Positions 25,763-33,387 of a stretch of DNA of 64,000 bases are shown one piece after another. The DNA is from Sporichthyaceae bacterium. Lineage in GTDB: Bacteria; Actinomycetota; Actinomycetes; Sporichthyales; Sporichthyaceae. The notes below the pieces were generated by a model. It was given only the letters and a program-made list of their open reading frames with translations, made no database searches and was not told the DNA's origin. Numbering within the stretch: the first letter of the stretch is position 1; each line of letters starts with the position of its first letter. A program made the position numbers and the translations under genes. The stretch spans positions 15,130 to 79,129 of the forward strand of contig DATASX010000078.1 in assembly GCA_036269075.1 (NCBI GenBank). Reading direction: 5' to 3'.

Positions 25763-26058
25763 TGACCGCGCTGCGTACGCAGTGGGACCGCACCGGTGCG
25801 ATCGTGGCTGTGATCATCGGTCTGGTCTCGCTGCTGCTGGGCTATCTGGGCGTCAGCGACACCGAGTACATCGTCAAGCAGATGCCGTACATCATCTCCA
25901 ACGGGTTGTTCGGCCTGTTCATGCTCGGCATCGGCACGGCCTTGTGGCTCTCGGCCGACCTGCGCGACGAATGGCGTGAACTGCGTGCGCTGCGCATCGC
26001 CGTCAACGAGCACGGCATCGCGGCCCGGACCGATGACGAGGGCACCGCGAGCCGATGA
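25753..26058 (+). CDS. module A protein 2: conserved 2-TM miniprotein (unknown family)
   Basis: 101 aa. LRTQWDR...GLVSLLLG (TM1), PY..SNGL.G.F.LG (TM2), SADLRDEWRELR. It overlaps the protein 1 stop within ATGGAAGTGATGA. Paralog at 57415. Confidence 0.75.
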   Translation: MEVMTALRTQWDRTGAIVAVIIGLVSLLLGYLGVSDTEYIVKQMPYIISNGLFGLFMLGIGTALWLSADLRDEWRELRALRIAVNEHGIAARTDDEGTASR

Positions 26059-26591
26059 CGACCGCTGTGCGCGAACCGCGCGTGCGCCGCGCCGCAACCC
26101 GAACCGGGGGCCCACGGGTGCCGGCCTACGTGACGGCGTCGAAACGGCGCTCCCGGGGCGAGGTGGTGCTCGGCGATCGCCCGTGGGGTCGCCGCGACCG
26201 GGACATCGCGATCGGCGGGAGCGTGCTCGGCCTGGCCGGGCTCGCGGTGTGCAGTTGGGGCGGCGCCGGTGAGGTCGACCTGGCAACCCAGATGCGTTGG
26301 CTGCTCGGGGGAATCGGCGCCGTCGTGGTCTCCGCCCTCTGCCTGGTCCACTGGCTGTTGGCGGGCTTGCGGACCGTGCGGATCGAGATGGCCCGGGTGT
26401 TCAGCACGATCACGCCGAACCGATCTGTGGTGGGTGCCGCGGCGACCGGCGGCCGGGTCGTGACCGTGGCCGGCATGGTGCGCTTCCACCGACCCGAGTG
26501 CCCGCTCGTGGCGGGCAAGGCGATCCGCGTGCTCGACCCGGCCGACGCTGCCGCCGAGGGGTTGCGTCCCTGCGGAGCGTGCGAGTCATGA
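26055..26591 (+). CDS. module A protein 3: 2-TM membrane protein with C-terminal Ada-like H/C3 metal-binding motif (unknown family)
   Basis: 178 aa. Arg-rich N-terminus, two TM segments, C-terminus VRFHRPECPLVAGKAIRVLDPADAAAEGLRPCGACES. ATGA overlaps on both sides. Paralog at 57725. Confidence 0.75.
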   Translation: MTTAVREPRVRRAATRTGGPRVPAYVTASKRRSRGEVVLGDRPWGRRDRDIAIGGSVLGLAGLAVCSWGGAGEVDLATQMRWLLGGIGAVVVSALCLVHWLLAGLRTVRIEMARVFSTITPNRSVVGAAATGGRVVTVAGMVRFHRPECPLVAGKAIRVLDPADAAAEGLRPCGACES

Positions 26592-28543
26592 ACGCCTACA
26601 TCCCCTTCATCGTCACGGGATTGATCGTCGGGTCGATCTACGGCCTGTCCGCGATGGGCCTGGTACTGACCTACAAGACCTCCGGGTTGTTCAACCTCGG
26701 CCACGGCGCGATCTGCGCTGCCGCCGCATTCGTCTTCTACGAACTGCGCCAGGTGCACGGCGTCCCGTGGGCAGTGGCAGCCGTTGTCACGGTCGTTGTC
26801 TTCGGCGCCGCGACCGGCCTGGTGCTGGAACGCCTCGCCGGTGCGCTGTCCGGGGTGACCACCACGTACAAGATCGTCGCCACCGTCGGTCTGCTGGTTG
26901 CCGTCCGCTCGATCGTGATCCTGATCTGGGGATCCGAGCAGCTCACCTTCGAGCCGTTCCTGCCACAGGGCAAGGCATTCGGGGTCTCCAACGTCTCGGT
27001 CAGCTGGGACAACGTCATCGACATGGCCCTCGGGGTCGCCGCGGCTCTCGGCCTGTCGGTCTTCTTCCGAACCTCTCGGCTGGGCGTCGCGATGCGTGGC
27101 GTCGTCGACAACCCGGCGCTGCTCGACATGGCAGGCACCGCGCCGGCGAAGGTGCGCCGGACCGCATGGATCATCGGCTCGATGTTCGCGGCCGTCTCCG
27201 GTGTGCTGTTCGCCTCGGTGACTTTCCAACTCGACGTGAACGTGCTCTCGCTGCTGGTCGTCCAGGCGTTCGGGGCCGCGGCGATCGGGCGGTTCACCTC
27301 GATCCCGATGGCCTTCGTCGGCGGCCTGACCGTCGGCCTGGTGCAGAAGTTGGTGTCCAAGGAGTTCGCCGGGGAAGTGGTGCTGCGCGGCATCGATCTG
27401 AACGTGCCGTTCATCATCCTGTTCATCGCGATGCTGGTGACTCCCAAGAGTCGCCTGCAGGAGATCGGGCGCAAGGTGAAGGATCGGGCGCCGACTGCCG
27501 GCTCGTTCAGCGTCAGGACCCGCGGCGCCGGCTACGCCGTCCTGCTGGGCGCCGCGCTACTCGTGCCACACCTGGTCGGCACTCGACTCTCGCTCTACAG
27601 CACCGGGCTGACCCAGGTGATCCTCTTCCTCTCCCTCGGCCTGCTGGTGCGGACCTCCGGACAGATTTCCTTGTGCCACGTGGGTTTCGCCGCGGTCGGT
27701 GCCGCCGCCTTCGGACACATGCTGCACGACGGCCTGCCCTGGGGCGTCGCACTGTTGCTCGGCGGCCTGTTCGCTGTCCCGGTCGGGGCGTTCATCGCGA
27801 TCCCCGCGATCCGCCTGTCCGGGCTGTTCCTCGGCCTGGCCACTCTCGGGTTCGGGATCCTGCTCGCGCAGTACGCCTACGGGCAGAGCTGGATGTTCGG
27901 GTTCGGTCGGCTGGACACCCGGCGCCCACACTTCGGCGGCCTGGACTCCGACACGCGTTACTACTACTTCGTGCTCGCCGTCGCGCTGGCCTGCGTCGTC
28001 GCCGTCGTGCTGGTGGAACGCTCCCGGCTCGGCCGACTGCTGCGCGGCCTGGCCGACTCACCGGCGGCGCTGACCTCGCTCGGGACCAACCTGAACATGA
28101 TCCGGGTGATGGTGTTCTGTCTGTCGGCGTTCCTGGCCGGGATCAGCGGGGCGATGTACGCCTCACTGTTCGGCAGCGTCAATCAGGACAGCTTCAACTA
28201 TCTGCAGTCGCTGGTTCTGCTCGCGGTACTGGCCATCTCCGGTCGCGGCACGGTGACCAGCGCGGTGCTCGGCGCCCTGTTGCTCTACGTGCTGCCCGGC
28301 TACATCGACAACCCGGACCACCTCTCGTTGCTGCAGGTCGGCTTCGGCCTGGCCGCGATCCTCGCCGCCGCGCTGTCGCAGGGCCAGTTCGCCGAGGTAG
28401 TCGGACGGGTCGCCGCGGCCGGACGACAACGAACGCTCAGCCCCTGGCGCGACCGCATGGACCCGGTGCACCAGTTGCCCCCCGAACTGCTCGTCAGCTC
28501 CGCGACCCACGAGCCTTTGCTGACCACTGGAGTACATCGATGA
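26588..28543 (+). CDS. fused LivH/LivM-type branched-chain-amino-acid-family ABC permease
   Basis: ATG 26588 (MNAYIPFIVTGLIVGSIYGLSAMGLVLTYKTSGLFNLGHGA is a LivH-like N-terminus). The second half is LivM-like (GQISLCHVGFAAVGAA..., IRLSGLFLGLATLGFG). 651 aa in a single polypeptide. Confidence 0.9.
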   Translation: MNAYIPFIVTGLIVGSIYGLSAMGLVLTYKTSGLFNLGHGAICAAAAFVFYELRQVHGVPWAVAAVVTVVVFGAATGLVLERLAGALSGVTTTYKIVATVGLLVAVRSIVILIWGSEQLTFEPFLPQGKAFGVSNVSVSWDNVIDMALGVAAALGLSVFFRTSRLGVAMRGVVDNPALLDMAGTAPAKVRRTAWIIGSMFAAVSGVLFASVTFQLDVNVLSLLVVQAFGAAAIGRFTSIPMAFVGGLTVGLVQKLVSKEFAGEVVLRGIDLNVPFIILFIAMLVTPKSRLQEIGRKVKDRAPTAGSFSVRTRGAGYAVLLGAALLVPHLVGTRLSLYSTGLTQVILFLSLGLLVRTSGQISLCHVGFAAVGAAAFGHMLHDGLPWGVALLLGGLFAVPVGAFIAIPAIRLSGLFLGLATLGFGILLAQYAYGQSWMFGFGRLDTRRPHFGGLDSDTRYYYFVLAVALACVVAVVLVERSRLGRLLRGLADSPAALTSLGTNLNMIRVMVFCLSAFLAGISGAMYASLFGSVNQDSFNYLQSLVLLAVLAISGRGTVTSAVLGALLLYVLPGYIDNPDHLSLLQVGFGLAAILAAALSQGQFAEVVGRVAAAGRQRTLSPWRDRMDPVHQLPPELLVSSATHEPLLTTGVHR

Positions 28544-30069
28544 GAACCCGTAACGGCACGGCGGTCGCGCTGGTCGCCACGAGCGCATTGCTCCTGACCG
28601 GATGCGGCAACCGCGTCTCGGAGGCCCGCATCGAGGCCGCCAACTCCGCCGTCATGAAGCTCAGTGACCAGCAGCTCAAGGACGCCGGGATCAACCCCGC
28701 CACGGCGCCGCAAACCACCGACAGTGCCGAGACCACAGCCACTGCGACCAACTCGGCCGCCGTGGCCACTGCCGCGGCGGCGCCGGTTCGCGCCGGCGCC
28801 CCGGTCACGGCAGGCGCGGCAGCCGGCGGGGTCCCCGCGGCGGCCGGGACCGGCAGCACGGCCGCCACCGTCGCCGCGGCGGGCGCGCCCAAGGCCCATA
28901 CCGTCGGCGCGGCGCTCACCACCGCGTCGGGTGCCTGCACGAGTTCGCTGCCGCCGGTGTTGCTCGGCCAGACTGGCGTGTTCAGCGGGTTCATCGGCGC
29001 CGTGGGCGCAGGCGCCCGGCCCGGGCTGCAGGTCTGGGCCAAGGACCTCAACTCCCGTGGTGGGCTGGCCTGCCACCCCGTCGAACTGATGCAGCTCGAC
29101 GACCAGTCCGACCCGGCCAAGGTCACCGCGAACGTGCTGGACCTGGTCCAGAACAAGAAGGTCGCGGCGCTGATCGACGCCTACGTCCCGATCACCGTCG
29201 GCCCGTACCGGGAAGCCGCCGCGAAGTTCAAGATGCCCACCATCGGTGGGGACAACATCGACCTGGACTGGAACAAGGATCCCTACCTGTTCCCGGTCGG
29301 GGCCTCGCCACTGGGCACCTACCTGGGCAGCATCAAGTCCGCCGCGGAGTCCGGACACTTCAAGAAGTTCGGCATCCTCTACTGCGTCGAGGCCACGATC
29401 TGCGGCGTCCTCAAGGAGTCGACGACCTCCAAGGGTGGGTTGGCCGACCAGGCCGGTGTGCAGACCGTCTACAGCGCGCCGTTCTCCTTGACGCAGCCGG
29501 ACTTCACCTCCGAGTGCCAGAACATGAAGAACGCCGGCGTGCAGTTCGCGTTCGTGGGCGGCGACGGCTCGGCGGTGTCCCGGGTGGCCCGCGCGTGCAA
29601 CAGCCTCGGCTTCAACCCGACCCTGAGCACGGTGAGCCTGGCTGCCGGATCGGCTGTCCAGAGTGACAAGTTGGTGGCCGGCGACGGGCTCTACCTCGGT
29701 TCGTTCCTCGCCCCGTTCCCGGCCGACGACACCCCTGGCCTGAAGGAGTACCACGCCGCGTTCGAGCGCTACGCGCCGACGCTCACCCTCGACGGCGCCT
29801 CGATGATCGCCTGGTGCTCCGGCAAGTTGCTGGAGGCGGCGGTGAACACTCTCGGAGCCCAGGCGCGCTCCGGCCCGCTGACCACGGCTCTGATCATGAA
29901 GGGCCTGGGCAACATCAACGGCGAGACACTCAACGGTCTCAGCCCGCCGATGACGTTCAAACCGGGTCAGCAGTTCGCGCCGGCCATCAACTGCTACGCC
30001 GTGATCGCCCTCACCGCCCGCGACGTCAAGTTCCGGGCGCCCGAGGGCACGAAGTTCCACTGCCAGTGA
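28540..30069 (+). CDS. lipoprotein substrate-binding protein (Leu/Ile/Val-type fold) with long low-complexity linker
   Basis: ATG 28540 overlaps the permease stop (ATGA). Lipobox LLLTGC. An Ala/Thr/Gly/Pro linker of about 110 aa precedes the SBP domain. Confidence 0.85.
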   Translation: MRTRNGTAVALVATSALLLTGCGNRVSEARIEAANSAVMKLSDQQLKDAGINPATAPQTTDSAETTATATNSAAVATAAAAPVRAGAPVTAGAAAGGVPAAAGTGSTAATVAAAGAPKAHTVGAALTTASGACTSSLPPVLLGQTGVFSGFIGAVGAGARPGLQVWAKDLNSRGGLACHPVELMQLDDQSDPAKVTANVLDLVQNKKVAALIDAYVPITVGPYREAAAKFKMPTIGGDNIDLDWNKDPYLFPVGASPLGTYLGSIKSAAESGHFKKFGILYCVEATICGVLKESTTSKGGLADQAGVQTVYSAPFSLTQPDFTSECQNMKNAGVQFAFVGGDGSAVSRVARACNSLGFNPTLSTVSLAAGSAVQSDKLVAGDGLYLGSFLAPFPADDTPGLKEYHAAFERYAPTLTLDGASMIAWCSGKLLEAAVNTLGAQARSGPLTTALIMKGLGNINGETLNGLSPPMTFKPGQQFAPAINCYAVIALTARDVKFRAPEGTKFHCQ

Positions 30070-30079
30070 CGGGTCGTCA

Positions 30080-30907
30080 GTGATGAGCGCGCAAACGAGA
30101 TCGAGCGACGTGGACGGCTTGGCCGTCGAGAAGCTGACGGTCCGCTTCGGCGGTCTGACGGCGGTCGACGGGCAGACGCTGACCGCTCCGCGCGGCCGGA
30201 TCACCGGGCTCATCGGGCCCAACGGTGCCGGTAAGACCACGACGTTCAATGCCTGCACGGGCGTGGTCCGGCCCAGTGCCGGTCGGGTTTCCCTGTTCGG
30301 TCAGGACATCACCACCTGGTCGCCGGACGCCCGGGCACGCAACGGCATGGGCCGAACCTTCCAACGGATGGAACTGTTCGACACCCTCACCGTGCGGGAG
30401 AACGTCCGGCTCGGCAAGGAGGCCGGTCTGGCGGGCAGCAATCCTTGGCGGGCGTTGCGATCCAGCCGTGCGCAGGCCGCGGCCGTCCGTCGCCTGGCCG
30501 ACGACGCGATGGACATGGTGGGAATCGGCGATGCGGCCAACCGGCGCCCGGCCGATCTGAGCACCGGCGCGCGCCGGTTGGTCGAACTGGCCCGCTGCAT
30601 CGCGGGCGGTTTCACGGTGATGCTGCTCGACGAACCCTCCTCGGGCCTGGACGGGACCGAGACCGAACAGTTCGGCGGGGTGCTGCGTCGCCTGGTGGCC
30701 GAGCGCAACGTGGCGATCCTGATCGTGGAGCACGACATGGAGTTGGTCATGACCACGTGCAACTACATCCACGTCCTGGACTTCGGCAGGCCGATCTTCG
30801 AGGGCACGGCGCGCGAGGTCGCGTGCTCCCCGTTGGTACGCGCCGCCTATCTGGGTACGGAGGCCGACGGCCTGGACGAACTCGCCGGCACCGGGGCGGT
30901 CGGCTGA
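30080..30907 (+). CDS. ABC transporter ATP-binding protein, LivG-like
   Basis: 275 aa. Walker A GPNGAGKTT, signature LSTGARRLVELAR, Walker B MLLDEPSSGL. Confidence 0.9.
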   Translation: MMSAQTRSSDVDGLAVEKLTVRFGGLTAVDGQTLTAPRGRITGLIGPNGAGKTTTFNACTGVVRPSAGRVSLFGQDITTWSPDARARNGMGRTFQRMELFDTLTVRENVRLGKEAGLAGSNPWRALRSSRAQAAAVRRLADDAMDMVGIGDAANRRPADLSTGARRLVELARCIAGGFTVMLLDEPSSGLDGTETEQFGGVLRRLVAERNVAILIVEHDMELVMTTCNYIHVLDFGRPIFEGTAREVACSPLVRAAYLGTEADGLDELAGTGAVG

Positions 30908-31605
30908 TGCTGAGGCTGGACTCGATCCGTGCCGGTTACGCCGGTTCCACCGTGCTGCGCGGCGTCAGTCTGCTGGTGCCCCCGTCCAGCGTGGTCGCGT
31001 TGTTGGGTCCGAACGGGGCCGGCAAGACCACGTTGCTGCGGGTGGCCTCGGGCCTGCTGCGTCCGACCTCCGGCCAGGTCCTGCTCGACGGCCGGGACGT
31101 CAGCCGGTACGCCCCGCACAAGTTGGTCGAGCGCGGGGTCTGCCACGTGCCGGAGGGCCGCGGCGTGTTCCCGTCGCTCTCGGTGCGGGAGAACCTGATC
31201 CTGCATTCCAGACCCGGCACGGAATCCGAGTCGGTGGAGAAAGCGGTGTCGGCGTTCCCGCGGCTGGGGGAGCGGCTTTCCCAACAAGCGGGCACGATGA
31301 GCGGCGGCGAGCAGCAGATGCTCGCGCTGGCGCGGGCGTATGTGCAGAACCCCCGCTTCGTGCTGCTCGACGAGGTCTCGATGGGCCTGGCCCCGAAGAT
31401 CGTCGACGAGATCTTCGACTTCCTTCGGCTGCTGGCTTCGCAGGGCGCCTCCTTGCTGCTCGTCGAGCAGTACGTGACCCGCGCGCTGGAGGCCGCCGAC
31501 TACGTCTACCTGCTCGGCCGGGGAACCGTGACCTTCTCCGGCGAGCCGGGAGAACTCGACGCCGACGCGTTGGCCGAGCAGTACATCGCGGCCGCCCACA
31601 CCTGA
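30907..31605 (+). CDS. ABC transporter ATP-binding protein, LivF-like
   Basis: ATG 30907 overlaps the LivG-like stop. Walker A GPNGAGKTT, VPEGRGVFPSLSVRENL, signature MSGGEQQMLALAR, Walker B VLLDEVSMGL. Confidence 0.9.
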   Translation: MLRLDSIRAGYAGSTVLRGVSLLVPPSSVVALLGPNGAGKTTLLRVASGLLRPTSGQVLLDGRDVSRYAPHKLVERGVCHVPEGRGVFPSLSVRENLILHSRPGTESESVEKAVSAFPRLGERLSQQAGTMSGGEQQMLALARAYVQNPRFVLLDEVSMGLAPKIVDEIFDFLRLLASQGASLLLVEQYVTRALEAADYVYLLGRGTVTFSGEPGELDADALAEQYIAAAHT

Positions 31606-31617
31606 GGAGAAGAAGGC

Positions 31618-32346
31618 ATGCACCAGATGGTGTTCCAGCGGGTCTGTGCGTGGAGCGGAATGGTCTGTGTGACCCTGTTCTTCGCGGCGTTCGGGTTCAT
31701 GCACTTCATCCCGCCGATCACCCCAGGCAGGTCGGCCGAACAGATCGCACACCACTACCAGGAGCACACCAACAGCATCCGCTTCGGCGCCCTGCTGATG
31801 CTGTTCAGCAGCATGTTCTACGCCGCCTTCACCGCAGTGGTCTCCGCTCAGATGCGCCGCATCGCGGGTATCCACCCGGCAGCGATCTACACGCAGCTCG
31901 CGGCCGGCGCGTTCGCCTGCCTGACCTTCCTGGTCCCCGGCCTGATCTTCGAGGTGGCCGCGTTCCGGCCCGACCGCGACCCGTCCCAGACCCTGCTGCT
32001 CAACGACATGGGCTGGATCTTCATGGTCATGCCGTGGATGCCGTTCCTCACGCAGAACTGGACCTTCGCCTACGCCATCCTCTCCGACAACCAGGATCGG
32101 CCGGTCTTCCCGCGCTGGCTCGCGTACTGCAACGTCTGGGCGATCATCATCTTCTCCCCTTCGGTCGCCCTGCCGTTCTTCAAGCACGGAGTCTTCGCCT
32201 GGAGCGGCCTGTTCGTGGTCTGGATCCCGGCCTTCGCGTTCATCGCCCAATTCGGCGTGAACACCGCGATGTTGCTACGTGCGATCGACCGGGAGGAGGC
32301 CGAGGTCCGGTCGACGGGGCCGGAACGCGAACTGGTCCCTGCTTAG
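31618..32346 (+). CDS. integral membrane protein, unknown function
   Basis: 242 aa with about 6 hydrophobic segments. It starts 12 nt after the LivF-like stop, behind GAGGAGAAGAAGG. Confidence 0.6.
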   Translation: MHQMVFQRVCAWSGMVCVTLFFAAFGFMHFIPPITPGRSAEQIAHHYQEHTNSIRFGALLMLFSSMFYAAFTAVVSAQMRRIAGIHPAAIYTQLAAGAFACLTFLVPGLIFEVAAFRPDRDPSQTLLLNDMGWIFMVMPWMPFLTQNWTFAYAILSDNQDRPVFPRWLAYCNVWAIIIFSPSVALPFFKHGVFAWSGLFVVWIPAFAFIAQFGVNTAMLLRAIDREEAEVRSTGPERELVPA

Positions 32347-32424
32347 GTCGACTCCCGGGGTTCTGGTGCCCCGGTTCCCGCGGGGGCTAGGGTCCGAGCA
32401 CGCCCCGCGTCCCCGGAGGTTCCG

Positions 32425-33327
32425 ATGGCCAGACGACGTGACATCGAGTTCGACAGCGACGGCACCACGCTGCGCGGGTGGTTCTACCCGGCCGCGGGCG
32501 CCTCCGGCACCGCCCCGACCGTCGTGCTGGCGCACGGGTTCTCGGCCGTCAAGGAGATGTACCTCGACAGCTATGCCGAACTGTTCGCCGACAACGGGCT
32601 GAACGCCCTGGTCTTCGACAACCGCAACTTCGGCGACAGCGACGGGACGCCTCGTCAGGAGATCGAACCGTGGGCACAGGTCCACGACTACCGGACCGCG
32701 ATCACCTACGCGACCACGCTGCCGGAGACCGACGTCAACCGGATCGGCCTCTGGGGCAGCAGCTACTCCGGCGGGCACGTGCTCGTCGTTGCCGCTATCG
32801 ACCGTCGGGTCAAGGCCGTTGTCGCCCAGGTTCCGCTGATCAGCGGCTACGAGAACGTTCGGGTCCTGGTCCGTTCCGACTTCATCGACATCTACCGCGA
32901 GCAGTTCGACGCCGAGCGGCTCTCGCGGTTCCAGGGCAACCCGCCCACGATGGTCCCGGTGGTCGCCGAGGACCCGATGGCGCCGTCCGCCCTGCCGACG
33001 TCGGACTCCTGGCAGTGGTTCACCGAGACCGGCGCCGGTCGGGCACCGAACTGGAAGAACGAGGTCACGCTGCGCACCATCGAGGCCCTCGGTGAGTACA
33101 ACCCGGTCGACTACATCGACAAGGTCAGCCCGACCCCGTTGCTCCTGCTGCCTGCCCGCAACGACGTGCTGACCCCGGCCCGGTTCGCCATTGCCGCCTA
33201 CGAGAAGGCGCTGGAGCCGAAGAAGCTGGAGATCCTGCCGGGCGGACACTTCGACGCCTACGTCAAGGGTTTCGAGGCTTCCAGCAGTCCCGCGCTGGCC
33301 TGGTTCCTGGCCCACCTCGCGCCCTGA
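32425..33327 (+). CDS. alpha/beta hydrolase
   Basis: 300 aa. VVLAHGFSAVKE, nucleophile elbow GLWGSSYSGG, C-terminal GGHFD. Confidence 0.85.
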   Translation: MARRRDIEFDSDGTTLRGWFYPAAGASGTAPTVVLAHGFSAVKEMYLDSYAELFADNGLNALVFDNRNFGDSDGTPRQEIEPWAQVHDYRTAITYATTLPETDVNRIGLWGSSYSGGHVLVVAAIDRRVKAVVAQVPLISGYENVRVLVRSDFIDIYREQFDAERLSRFQGNPPTMVPVVAEDPMAPSALPTSDSWQWFTETGAGRAPNWKNEVTLRTIEALGEYNPVDYIDKVSPTPLLLLPARNDVLTPARFAIAAYEKALEPKKLEILPGGHFDAYVKGFEASSSPALAWFLAHLAP

Positions 33328-33387
33328 GCCCCAGCGGCCGCCCGCTGCCGCCTGGACGGCGCACCGGGCAGAGAGTTTCATGGGCCT

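Noticed and set aside
26055-26591. P3 as a zinc-binding anti-sigma (ZAS) factor
   Set aside because: The ZAS motif is H-x3-C-x2-C in an N-terminal cytoplasmic domain next to a sigma-factor gene. Here the pattern is H-x3-C-x23-C-x2-C at the C-terminus, no ECF sigma gene is adjacent in either copy, and the local sequence matches the Ada-type site better.
28620-28960. Apparent GC-rich tandem repetition (GCC/GCG/ACC runs), also at 60400..60700 and 2600..2900
   Set aside because: These are in-frame Ala/Thr/Gly/Pro low-complexity linkers of the lipoprotein SBPs. They are not non-coding tandem repeats or CRISPR-like arrays.
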